A stretch of 64,000 nt of DNA, taken from Dehalococcoidia bacterium (GTDB lineage Bacteria > Chloroflexota > Dehalococcoidia > DSTF01 > RBG-16-68-14). Positions 29,096 to 38,003 of this stretch are shown one piece after another (the first letter of the stretch is position 1; each line of letters opens with the position of its first letter). The notes beneath the pieces were generated by a model. That model saw only the letters and a program-made list of their open reading frames with translations, had not been told where the DNA came from and ran no database searches. The stretch is taken from contig JBBEBM010000062.1 of NCBI GenBank assembly GCA_040882355.1, positions 982-64,981 of the forward strand. The letters are read 5' to 3'. Both the position numbers and the translations under genes were made by a program.

Positions 29096-30748
29096 ATGTT
29101 GCAGTCCTTCCCTGTCCTCGTCCTGGCGAGCCTCCTCGTATCCGCTGCGACTATGGGCGCCGTCCTGCTCGCGCGCAAGCGTTGGATGGCGGTCGCCGCC
29201 GCGCTTGCGGGCGCGACAGGCTTGCTGCTCCTGCAGGGCCTTGGTTATTTCGACTTCGCCAACGATGACTCGTACATCAGCCTGCGCTACGCGCGCCATC
29301 TCGCCGACGGTCTTGGCCCGAACTGGAACAGCGAGGGCCGCGTCGAGGGTTACACGAACTTCCTCTGGATGGCGACGCTCGCCGGCGTCGCGAAGCTCGG
29401 CGGCGACCTCGTCGACTCGGCGCGCGCCTTCGGCTTCCTGTCGCTGCTCGCCACGATCGTGGCCGTCTACCTGATCTGGCAGCTCTGGGCGGACGACGAT
29501 CCGGAGAGCGGTGTCGCGAGCCCGGTAGTGCTCGCCGCGGCGCTGATCGGGATCGCTCTCACGGATGGTGTCGTGTTCTGGGGCTTCTCTGGCATGGAGA
29601 CGCCGCTCTTCATGGCGCTGATCACCGGCGGCGCGTATTGCTACCTGCGCGAGCGGCGCGGGGCGGGCCTCGTTCCCTGGTCGGCCGTCGTCTTCGCCGC
29701 CGCCGCGATGACGCGCCCGGAAGGCGTGCTGGCGGCCGCCGTTACCGGCGCGTTCGTGCTGGGCGAGGCGCTGTCGGGCGGCGACCGGCGGGCGCGCGCG
29801 CGCGTCTTGTTCTGGGCCGCCGTCTTCGCCGCCCTGTACGGTTCGTACTTCCTCTGGCGCTACAGCTACTACGGGTACCTCTTCCCGAACACGTTTTACG
29901 CCAAGACGGGGACGACGAACGACCTCTTCAACCGGGGCCTGGAGTACGTCTGGTTCTACGGGCTCCGCTATCAGCTCCTGGCGCTGGCCGCGGGCGTGAG
30001 CGCGCTCCTGCTGAGGGCGCGCCTGCGCGTGGACGCGGCGTACGTCCTGACTCTTTGCGGCGTTCTGCTCGCGGGGGTGGTCTATGAGGGCGCGGACAGC
30101 TTTCCGCACGGGCGGTTCATCGCGCCATTGGTGCCGCTCCTTTACCTGGCAGGCATCGCCGGAGGGGCGGTGGTGCTCAAGCGGCTGGCGCTCCCTGCCA
30201 GACCCGCGGCTGTCGTTGCGACAGTGCTGCTGACGCTCGCTGCCCTGTCGCTCGCCCGCACTTCCCTCCATCCTGGGCTCGCCGCAGAGAAGCAGCTCCA
30301 GAGGGACGGCATAGACCTATCTGTCTGGCTGAACGAGAACGCGCCTGAGGACTACACCATCGGCGCGTACGGCGTGGGAGTGGTCGGCTACTACATCGAC
30401 CGCGATATCCTGGACCTGCTCGGCCTCAACGACGTCAAGATCGCGCACACGGATGTTTCCAATCTGGGCGCAGGCCTCGCCGGCCACGAGAAGTCCAATC
30501 CGGACTACGTGCTGGAGGAAGCGCAGCCGGAGCTGATCATCCCCACCTTGGGCGATTTCGTCAGGCGCACCGAAGATCAGCTGCGAGAAGGCTTTGAGGG
30601 GCTGGCTGATGCGCGACGGTTGCTGCTGGCGGACGAGCGCCTTTGGGAGCGTTACGACGTCCGCGCTGTGAAGATCGGCAACCGCTGGTTCCACCTGCTC
30701 CAGCGCGCGGACACGGTCTCGGAGTGGCAGGCGCCCGGCCTCTTCTAG
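29096..30748 (+). CDS. 550-aa polytopic membrane protein, putative GT-C-fold glycosyltransferase; paralog B
   Basis: Same architecture and motifs as 26028-27680. The C-terminal third is more diverged and the last approximately 75 nt are near-identical again. Confidence 0.7.
   Translation: MLQSFPVLVLASLLVSAATMGAVLLARKRWMAVAAALAGATGLLLLQGLGYFDFANDDSYISLRYARHLADGLGPNWNSEGRVEGYTNFLWMATLAGVAKLGGDLVDSARAFGFLSLLATIVAVYLIWQLWADDDPESGVASPVVLAAALIGIALTDGVVFWGFSGMETPLFMALITGGAYCYLRERRGAGLVPWSAVVFAAAAMTRPEGVLAAAVTGAFVLGEALSGGDRRARARVLFWAAVFAALYGSYFLWRYSYYGYLFPNTFYAKTGTTNDLFNRGLEYVWFYGLRYQLLALAAGVSALLLRARLRVDAAYVLTLCGVLLAGVVYEGADSFPHGRFIAPLVPLLYLAGIAGGAVVLKRLALPARPAAVVATVLLTLAALSLARTSLHPGLAAEKQLQRDGIDLSVWLNENAPEDYTIGAYGVGVVGYYIDRDILDLLGLNDVKIAHTDVSNLGAGLAGHEKSNPDYVLEEAQPELIIPTLGDFVRRTEDQLREGFEGLADARRLLLADERLWERYDVRAVKIGNRWFHLLQRADTVSEWQAPGLF
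29315..29829. repeat. 515-bp tract 100% identical to 26241-26755 (inside paralog B)
   Basis: Direct comparison; see 26241-26755. Confidence 0.85.
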
Positions 30749-30793
30749 CCTCGTCCGCGACGGGCTGTCAACCCCCGGCGGAACGCTCGAGAC

Positions 30794-31324
30794 GTGGTCA
30801 TGCCATTCACGTTCCCAGCGGTTGCTGAGTATACTACCGGTGTGACCGGCCGCCGCGTTCATGTCTGCTCCACCAAGTACGACGGCTCCCCGCACTGGGA
30901 GTTCGACTCCTGGCTTGTGCATGAGGAAGGGGCGCTCCTCGTCACACATAACTTCGCCGGGCAGGAGCTGCAGACCTCGGACGGGCCATGGACCACACCC
31001 TACGACACCCGGAACCACTTCTGGGCCGACCGCTGGTACAACGTCATGCGCATGGACCTGCCCCAGGGCGGCGGGTTGTACGGCTGGTACTGCAACGTCA
31101 CCACCCCCGCCGTCTACGACGGCGAGTGCGTGCGCTACGCCGACCTTGACCTCGACCTGTTCGTGCCCGCTGAGGGCGAGCCACAGGTGCTGGACGAGGA
31201 CGAGTTCCTGGAGAATGGCGCGCGCATGGGGTACCCGCCGGATGTCGTCGACCAGGCGAGGCTCGCGCTCGACCGATTGGTCGCCCTGGCGGTCGGCGGC
31301 CGGTTTCCCTTCGATCGACGATGA
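30794..31324 (+). CDS. Conserved hypothetical protein, possibly DUF402/FomD-like nucleoside-diphosphate-compound hydrolase
   Basis: 176 aa with an acidic cluster (YADLDLDLFVP, LDEDEF) and WYxNV-like segment (GWYCNVTTP). The family call is a recollection, not verified. Confidence 0.45.
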   Translation: MVMPFTFPAVAEYTTGVTGRRVHVCSTKYDGSPHWEFDSWLVHEEGALLVTHNFAGQELQTSDGPWTTPYDTRNHFWADRWYNVMRMDLPQGGGLYGWYCNVTTPAVYDGECVRYADLDLDLFVPAEGEPQVLDEDEFLENGARMGYPPDVVDQARLALDRLVALAVGGRFPFDRR

Positions 31325-32715
31325 CCGCCCCAGGCGAGGCCGGCGCTTCGATAGGCGCCTTCGCGAACGGCGAGACCGCCCGCGCCGCACCCTGGGCGCC
31401 GGCCAGATGGTGGTCGCGGGAGATGGCGATGGTTGCCGCGATCGTCCTGCTCGGCGTGGCGCTGCGGGTGCTCTGGATCTCGTACGCGCAGCCCGATCCT
31501 AGCGACGGCCGTTTCGATGACTCGCGCTTCTATGACAACTTCGCTTCCAGGATTGCGAACTGGGAGGGCTATATCATGCCCGACGAGCCCGCCGAGCTGC
31601 AGTGGGCACCCGGGTACGCGGGCGGCTACCCTACGGCGGTCTGGCCGCCCGGCTACCCGGCCCTGCTGGCCGTCCCCTACAAGCTGTTCGGCCACGATCC
31701 TGCGTACGGACGCTTCATCAACGTCGCTGCGGCAGGCGTGAGCATCGCCCTCGTCTACGCGATCGGACAGCGCCTCTTTAGCAGGCAGGTCGGCCTGATC
31801 GCGGCGGCCTTGCTGGCGGTGTTCCCCGGTCAGATCTTCTTCGCGAGTCTCATCGTCACGGAGTCCGTGTTCACGACGTTGTTGCTGGCGCTCGTCTGGG
31901 TCCTGGTCGTGCTTAACGATGGTCCGCGCCCGCCTCCCGTGCTCGCCGCCGCGGGCGTGGGCCTCCTGCTCGGCGCGATGGCTCTCGTGCGCTCCGAAGG
32001 AGTCATGCTGGTGCTCGTCGCCCTGGCCTTCTGGCGCCTGCTGGTGCCGAGCTGGCGCGCGATGGCGCCGCACGCCGGGCTGCTCCTCCTGGGCACGGCG
32101 CTCGTCGTCGCGCCGTGGACCGTGCGAAACTACGTCACAATGGACGGCTTCGTGCTCACCTCCTCAGGTGGGTCGCATACCTTCTGGGCCGGCCATCACG
32201 CGGACATCTACGCCGATGGGGGTCTGGCAGACATCCGCGCTGCGCTCGAACGGGAACGCGAGTACGAGGAGCTGCCCTACCCCGAGCGCGAGCTCAGGTT
32301 CGAGCAAGACCTGCTGGAGGAAGCGCTCCGATACGCGGTTTCGCATCCGGGGATCGAGCTGAGGAACCTGGGCCTCAAGGCGTACTACCTGTTTCGTGAC
32401 GACGCCAGCGCCCTCGACTGGGTCCAGATCAAGCCCGTCATCCCGAAAGACGACGTGACCGTCCTCGCGGGCGTCGCCAACGGCGTCTACTACGTGGTGC
32501 TGCTGCTCGCTGTGTTGGGCCTGGCGCTTGACCGCCGGTGGCGCGACCGGCGACACGTCCTGTTGCTCCTCACGATGGCTGTTTGGGTGGCGACGCACCT
32601 GCTCTTCCTCCCCAACCCGCGCTACCACGCGCCCCTCATCCCAATCATCAGCCTCGCTGCCGCATGTGGAGCCGTGGCGATGTACGAGCGGCTCAGGTCA
32701 TCAAGCCGGCCGTAG
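31321..32715 (+). CDS. GT39/ArnT-like polytopic membrane glycosyltransferase (paralog of 22589-24133)
   Basis: ATG overlaps the upstream TGA (ATGA). Motifs AQPDPSDGRFDDSRFYDNF ... LQWAPGYAGGYP ... AVFPGQIFFASLIVTESVF parallel the paralog. Confidence 0.65.
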   Translation: MTAPGEAGASIGAFANGETARAAPWAPARWWSREMAMVAAIVLLGVALRVLWISYAQPDPSDGRFDDSRFYDNFASRIANWEGYIMPDEPAELQWAPGYAGGYPTAVWPPGYPALLAVPYKLFGHDPAYGRFINVAAAGVSIALVYAIGQRLFSRQVGLIAAALLAVFPGQIFFASLIVTESVFTTLLLALVWVLVVLNDGPRPPPVLAAAGVGLLLGAMALVRSEGVMLVLVALAFWRLLVPSWRAMAPHAGLLLLGTALVVAPWTVRNYVTMDGFVLTSSGGSHTFWAGHHADIYADGGLADIRAALEREREYEELPYPERELRFEQDLLEEALRYAVSHPGIELRNLGLKAYYLFRDDASALDWVQIKPVIPKDDVTVLAGVANGVYYVVLLLAVLGLALDRRWRDRRHVLLLLTMAVWVATHLLFLPNPRYHAPLIPIISLAAACGAVAMYERLRSSSRP

Positions 32716-32821
32716 CCTGGCCAGGCACGCAACACGCAGGCTGGAGAGAAGCCAGCGGATTGGGTATGCTCCCCGCGTAGCTCAGGCGACAGGCCGCGCT
32801 CGAAATGCGAGGACGATACGT

Positions 32822-33586
32822 ATGACTGAGAAGCAAACGCCACTCGCCGGGATCCCCAGCGACTGGAACTCGAACGTCCCATCGACCACCGAGTTTCAGG
32901 CAGGCGTTAACTGGGCGCACGACCGGCTCGTCGAGGAGCCGTGGGTGATCTCGAAGGTGCGTCCGGGCGAGCGAATCCTCGACATCGGCTCGGCCACGAG
33001 CCGCTATCTGGTCAAGTTCCCGTCCGACTGCGAGATCTACGGCATCGACATCCGGCCCGGGCCGCCGCAGCCCGGCGTCGCCCTCATGCGCGGCGATATC
33101 ATGCAGGCGCCGTTCCGGCCCGGCACGTTCGACACGATCACCTGCATCTCGACCATCGAGCACATGGGCTGCTTCGTCTACGGGCAGCACGTCGACCGCT
33201 TCGGCGACGAGGTTACGATGCGTCACATGCGGCTGCTGCTGCGACCCGGCGGGCGGCTCCTGCTGACGACCCCCTACGGCAAGGGCGCCGCCTACTCCTG
33301 GATCCGCATCTACAGTCCACGGATGTTCCAGCGGCTCATTGCCGGCTATCGAACGCGCTCGGTGGAGTACTATCGGCGCGATGGCGAGCGGTACGTCCCA
33401 TGCTCTCCCAGGGAGCTGCGCAACGCAGACATCGACATGCAAAAGCTGCGCTCTGACGGGATCATACTCACCGAGCTGACGCCTAGCGGCGGCCTCTCGT
33501 TCTTGCTCGGCCGCATCTCACTGCGCATCCGGCGCTTCTTGCATGAGCGCGCCGGCCGGCCCAAGTTCTGGATCGATCCGGCATGA
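32822..33586 (+). CDS. SAM-dependent methyltransferase-fold protein
   Basis: ILDIGSATSRY (motif I-like), IYGIDI, LLRPGGRLLLTTP. ATG at 32822 after GAGGA. The listed longer ORF start is upstream extension. Confidence 0.6.
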   Translation: MTEKQTPLAGIPSDWNSNVPSTTEFQAGVNWAHDRLVEEPWVISKVRPGERILDIGSATSRYLVKFPSDCEIYGIDIRPGPPQPGVALMRGDIMQAPFRPGTFDTITCISTIEHMGCFVYGQHVDRFGDEVTMRHMRLLLRPGGRLLLTTPYGKGAAYSWIRIYSPRMFQRLIAGYRTRSVEYYRRDGERYVPCSPRELRNADIDMQKLRSDGIILTELTPSGGLSFLLGRISLRIRRFLHERAGRPKFWIDPA

Positions 33587-35244
33587 TCAAGCACGAGATC
33601 GCCCTCCTGGTCGATGAGGCCGTGCAGCGCGCGCGTGACGCGGGCGCCCTGCCTGGCGTCGCGATGCCCGAGACCGTGATCGAACGGCCGCAGCGCCCGG
33701 AGCACGGCGATTACGCTACCAGCTTGCCTCTGCGCCTCGCCCGCGCCGCCCGCGCGAACCCGATGGAGCTGGGCCAACGACTGGCGGGCCACGTTCCGGC
33801 TTCCGATGCCGTCGACCGCGTCGAGGTGGCGCCGCCCGGCTTCATCAACTTCCACCTCAACGAAGCGTGGCTCGCCCGCCAGGTCGAGACGATCATCGCT
33901 GCCGGCGCAGACTTCGCGCGGGCACCCGTTGGCCAGGGCCAGTTGGTGCAGGTGGAGTTCGTCAGCGCCAACCCCACGGGTCCCCTTCACGCCGGCAATG
34001 GACGCTGGGCGGCGATGGGCGGCGCGCTCGCCCGCGTGTTGCGCGTCGCCGGCTACAACGTTGAGACGGAGTACTACTTCAACGACGCCGGCAACCAGGT
34101 CGATGCCTTCGGGCGCACGCTCTACGCCCGCTACCAGCAGCTCTTCGGTCGCGAGGCGCCGGTGCCCGAGGACGGCTACGTCGGCCACTACATGGTCGAA
34201 CTGGCCGAGCAGGCGCGCGAGCGCTTCGGCGAGGACATGCTGCGGCCGCCAGGCGAACCGCCGCCCGACGAGCTGGCGCGCTTTGGCATCGAAGAGGTGA
34301 TGGCCTGGATCCGCCGCGACCTGGGAGACCTGGGCGTCCACTACGACCACTGGTACCAGGAGCAGACCGTGTTCGAGGCGGGCCACTTCGACAAGGTGAT
34401 GTCGCTCTTGCGCGAGAAGGGCCTCGTCGTCGAACGCGAGGGCGCCGTCTGGTTCGCCGCGACGCAGCTCGGCGCCGACAAGGACGAGGTGCTCGTGCGC
34501 TCCACCGGCGTGCCGACCTATCTCGCGACCGACATCGGCTACCACTACGACAAGTTCCTCGTGCGCGGCTTCGACCGCGTCGTCGACATCTGGGGCGCCG
34601 ACCACCAGGGCCACGTGCGGCCGCTCCAGCTCGCCGCTGAGGCGATGGGCCTCGAGCCCGAACGGCTGACGATCATCATCGGCCAGCTCGTCACCCTGCG
34701 CCGGGGCGACGAAGTGCTCAAGCTCTCGAAGCGCAGCGGCGACATCGTCACCCTGCGCGAGGTGATGGAGGAGGTGGGGAAGGACGCCTGCCTCTACTTC
34801 TTCCTCTCTCGGTCCGCCGACGTGTCGATCGACTTCGACCTGGAGCTGGCGAAGACGCAGAGCGCGGAGAACCCTGTCTACTACGTCCAGTACGCGCACG
34901 CGCGCATCGCCGGCATCCTGGAGAAGGCCGGCGAGAAGCTTGGCGACGCCGGCGGCGGTGACGTATCGCTGCTCACCCATCCGGCGGAGCTGGCGTTGGT
35001 GCGCAAGATGCTCGTGCTGCCGGAGCTGGTCGAGGCGATCGCGCGCACGCTGGAGCCGCACCACCTGCCCCACTACGCCCAGGACCTGGCGACCGCCTTC
35101 CACGATTTCTACGAGAAGTGCAAGGTCGTCGATGACGAGCAGCCGGAGCTCTCGAGGGCGCGGCTGAAGCTCGTCGCGGCAGCGAAGGCCGTGCTCGCCA
35201 CCACCCTCGACCTCATGGGCATGTCCGCTCCCGACAAGATGTAG
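33583..35244 (+). CDS. argS: Arginine--tRNA ligase
   Basis: 553 aa. Class I HIGH-region variant (SANPTGPLHAGNGR), anticodon-binding C-terminal DALR domain, ends ...PDKM. ATGA overlap with the upstream gene. Confidence 0.9.
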   Translation: MIKHEIALLVDEAVQRARDAGALPGVAMPETVIERPQRPEHGDYATSLPLRLARAARANPMELGQRLAGHVPASDAVDRVEVAPPGFINFHLNEAWLARQVETIIAAGADFARAPVGQGQLVQVEFVSANPTGPLHAGNGRWAAMGGALARVLRVAGYNVETEYYFNDAGNQVDAFGRTLYARYQQLFGREAPVPEDGYVGHYMVELAEQARERFGEDMLRPPGEPPPDELARFGIEEVMAWIRRDLGDLGVHYDHWYQEQTVFEAGHFDKVMSLLREKGLVVEREGAVWFAATQLGADKDEVLVRSTGVPTYLATDIGYHYDKFLVRGFDRVVDIWGADHQGHVRPLQLAAEAMGLEPERLTIIIGQLVTLRRGDEVLKLSKRSGDIVTLREVMEEVGKDACLYFFLSRSADVSIDFDLELAKTQSAENPVYYVQYAHARIAGILEKAGEKLGDAGGGDVSLLTHPAELALVRKMLVLPELVEAIARTLEPHHLPHYAQDLATAFHDFYEKCKVVDDEQPELSRARLKLVAAAKAVLATTLDLMGMSAPDKM

Positions 35245-35356
35245 CGGCTGGGAGCTTGAAGCTTGAGGCTGGAGCCTGGAGGCGGGGCGCAGGCCTCTTG
35301 ACAGAAGGGCTATACTGGGGGCGTCGCTCCAAGCGCGGTGAGAAAGGTAGCGCATT

Positions 35357-36232
35357 ATGGTGGCACGGCCTCCGTCCATCGGCGCGACCGGGTTGACCCT
35401 GCTCGTGCTGTTCGGCGTGGCGGCCGTAATGGTTCTCCTGATCTCCGCGTCCCGCGAGCGCGCGTTCGCTGAGGGCAATCCCAATCCTTCGCCCGATCTC
35501 TCGATTCAGATCGACGCCGACGGCAACACCGTGCCTGACTGCGACACACGAGGGTCGCCGCCGGAGGGCACGTGCCTGGTGCGGGAGGGCGCCCCCTTCA
35601 CTGTGCAGGTCAGCGTGGACAGCATTCAAGGTGTCTACGACGGCGACAGCGACGGCACCGCCGGGTACACAGGCTATCGAATCGTGCTGCTGCACCCTGA
35701 GACCCTCGCCTTCCAGGACCGTGCTAATGACGGAGAGTTCCGCGACCAAGACGGCCAGCCGTTCTGGTCCTACCCGGGATCGTATACCTGCGTTGGCAGC
35801 GATGGCACGAGCGTCTATGTACATGAACTCCACTTCAGCGGCTATTGCGACGGTGACTATAAGAACGGCTTCGACTCGATTGAGTCCACGCACACCGGAG
35901 CGCTCCTGGAAGTGGACTTCACCTGCACTGCCCAGCCAATCGCCGATGCCGTATCGATGCCGCTCGGCTTTGACAGCTACCTCCAGGACGAGTACGGGAA
36001 GCCGTTCGGGGTTGATGAGAACGACAAGGGCGCGCCCGAGCTGCTTACGATCGACTGCACCCCGCCGTGGGACGTAAACGGAGACAGCGCCATCTCCGTG
36101 ACCGATATCGGCCTCGTAGTCTCCTCCTTCGGCCAAGTGTCGCCGCCTGTTCCGCCTGAGGTCGACGTCGATGGTAACGGCACTGTTTCGATTGGCGATC
36201 TAGGGTTGGTCGTAAGTCACTTCGGAGACTAG
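35357..36232 (+). CDS. Secreted/membrane-anchored protein with C-terminal dockerin-type repeat pair
   Basis: N-terminal signal anchor (LTLLVLFGVAAVMVLLISA), a Cys-containing beta-rich middle, and a C-terminus DVNGDSAISVTDIGLVVSSFGQ ... DVDGNGTVSIGDLGLVVSHFGD. Confidence 0.6.
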   Translation: MVARPPSIGATGLTLLVLFGVAAVMVLLISASRERAFAEGNPNPSPDLSIQIDADGNTVPDCDTRGSPPEGTCLVREGAPFTVQVSVDSIQGVYDGDSDGTAGYTGYRIVLLHPETLAFQDRANDGEFRDQDGQPFWSYPGSYTCVGSDGTSVYVHELHFSGYCDGDYKNGFDSIESTHTGALLEVDFTCTAQPIADAVSMPLGFDSYLQDEYGKPFGVDENDKGAPELLTIDCTPPWDVNGDSAISVTDIGLVVSSFGQVSPPVPPEVDVDGNGTVSIGDLGLVVSHFGD

Positions 36233-36339
36233 GTGTCCGCCGAATCTCGCGAGCGGGCGATTCCAGCCTCGAGCAGCCAGTCTCCAGCCTTCCGCAGCCA
36301 GCTTGACCCGTTCTCCCGCCACCCCCTACCCTCAAGTCG

Positions 36340-37176
36340 ATGGCCACCCCGCAGACCATCCCCGTCGCCGTGTCCGGGCGCAGCGCGCTCGACGTGGCGC
36401 GTCGCTGCGCGCAGGAGGCGGGCGAAGTCGCGCTCGCCGCGTTCCGGCGGCCGAAGGAGGTCTCGGTCAAGGGGCGCGGCAACCTCGTCACGCAGACCGA
36501 CTTCGAGATCGAAGCGCTGCTGCACGAGGCGCTTGCGGGCGAGTTCCCCGAGCACGGGCTGCTCTCCGAGGAGACGGCGACCGACACCGACCGCGCCGGC
36601 TGGGTCTGGGTGCTCGACCCGATCGACGGCACCCACAACTTCGTGAGCGGCATCCCGTTCTTCTGCGTCAACATCGCGCTCTGCCACGACGGCGAGCCCG
36701 TTGTCGCCGTCACGCACGACCCGATCCACGGCGAGACGTTCTGGGCCGAGCGCGACGGCGGCGCCTGGCTGAACGAGAGGCGCATCCACGTATCGGAGGC
36801 GCCGTCGCTCGAGGCGTCGGTGCTCGGCATCGACCTCGGCTACGACGACCAGCGGGCGCATGTCGCGCTGGAGATCGTCTACCGCCTCTTTCCGGGCGTA
36901 CAGAAGGTGCGCATCCCCGGCAGCGCCGCGCTCGGCCTCGCCTACGCCGCCTGCGGCCGCTACGACCTCTTCGTCCACCACTACCTCTTCCCGTGGGACG
37001 TCGCCGCGGGCATCCTGCTCGCCCGTGAGGCGGGCGGCGTGATCACCGAGACGGACGGCGGCCCGGTCACCCTCGAGTCGCAGACGGTGATCGCGGGCGG
37101 CGCTGAGGCGCACGGCGGCCTGCTGCGCTGGCTGCGAGCCCACGCGTCGGAGATCGAGCCGCTCGCTGAGGCTTGA
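36340..37176 (+). CDS. Inositol monophosphatase family protein
   Basis: IMPase motifs (LLSEETATD; WVLDPIDGTHNFVSG; FPWDVAAGILLAREAGG). Confidence 0.85.
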   Translation: MATPQTIPVAVSGRSALDVARRCAQEAGEVALAAFRRPKEVSVKGRGNLVTQTDFEIEALLHEALAGEFPEHGLLSEETATDTDRAGWVWVLDPIDGTHNFVSGIPFFCVNIALCHDGEPVVAVTHDPIHGETFWAERDGGAWLNERRIHVSEAPSLEASVLGIDLGYDDQRAHVALEIVYRLFPGVQKVRIPGSAALGLAYAACGRYDLFVHHYLFPWDVAAGILLAREAGGVITETDGGPVTLESQTVIAGGAEAHGGLLRWLRAHASEIEPLAEA

Positions 37177-37177
37177 G

Positions 37178-37855
37178 ATGGGCGCGAATCGACGGAGACC
37201 CGGACTGGCGCTGGCGGTGACGCTCGCCGGTCTTTGCGCGCTGCTCGTCGCCTGCGATGCGTTCGGCGGCGACGATGGGGGCGCGCCGGGCCCGGCGACT
37301 GCCACGCCAGGCGCCAACGCGCCTTCGACCTCACCCGAGCAGGCGCTGGAGCTGTACGTGCAACGCCGCCTCAGTCAGGGCTTCGTCGCCGACTGCGACG
37401 ACGCCGAGCGGCCGCAAGACACGGGCAAGCAGTGCGCCCGCTTCCGCGCCGAGCGCGACGGCCTGCGCGCCTACGAGCTGGGCCCCACGTTTGGCGAGTA
37501 CACGCGCCTGATCATCCTCCAGCCCGCGAACGACACCTGGACGATCGCCGTCCTCGAGAACCGCGACCCGAACGGCCCGCCCGTGCCCGGCGTGCCCTGG
37601 CCGCTGCGCATCGGCGCGACGGTGGTCGTGGCGGGCGTCAGCGACTGCCTGCGCGTGCGCGATCATGCGGGCACGCTGGCGACCGAAGTCGCTTGTCTGG
37701 ACAACGGCGCGACCGTGACGATCAGCAACGGCCCTGTGCAGATCGATGACCTGGAGTGGTGGGAGCTGGAGGGCTACGGCTGGTCTGCGAGCAACTGGCT
37801 GCGCTACCCGGACGAGGCGTCGAATGCGGCGCCGACGGTGACGCCGGAAGAGTAG
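37178..37855 (+). CDS. Lipoprotein with C-terminal bacterial SH3-like domain
   Basis: Signal plus lipobox LLVACD. C-terminal segment VRDHAGTLATEVACLDNGATVTISNGPVQIDDLEWWELEGYGWSASNWL is SH3b-like. Confidence 0.5.
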   Translation: MGANRRRPGLALAVTLAGLCALLVACDAFGGDDGGAPGPATATPGANAPSTSPEQALELYVQRRLSQGFVADCDDAERPQDTGKQCARFRAERDGLRAYELGPTFGEYTRLIILQPANDTWTIAVLENRDPNGPPVPGVPWPLRIGATVVVAGVSDCLRVRDHAGTLATEVACLDNGATVTISNGPVQIDDLEWWELEGYGWSASNWLRYPDEASNAAPTVTPEE

Positions 37856-38003
37856 GGAGACGGAACGGGGGAGAGCCGCCGGTCCCGGTGAAGGTCACAA
37901 ACACCTGGTTGGGCGACAGCACTCCCCGTGTTGAAAGGTTCGGCCACGCGATTCGCAGACTGAAGGGCGAAACACAGGCCGCGAAACAGTGCTGGGAGGA
38001 CGA

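Noticed and set aside
35296-35321. TTGACA ... TATACT hexamers upstream of the dockerin-protein gene
   Set aside because: The spacer is only 7 nt, which is incompatible with a sigma-70 promoter.
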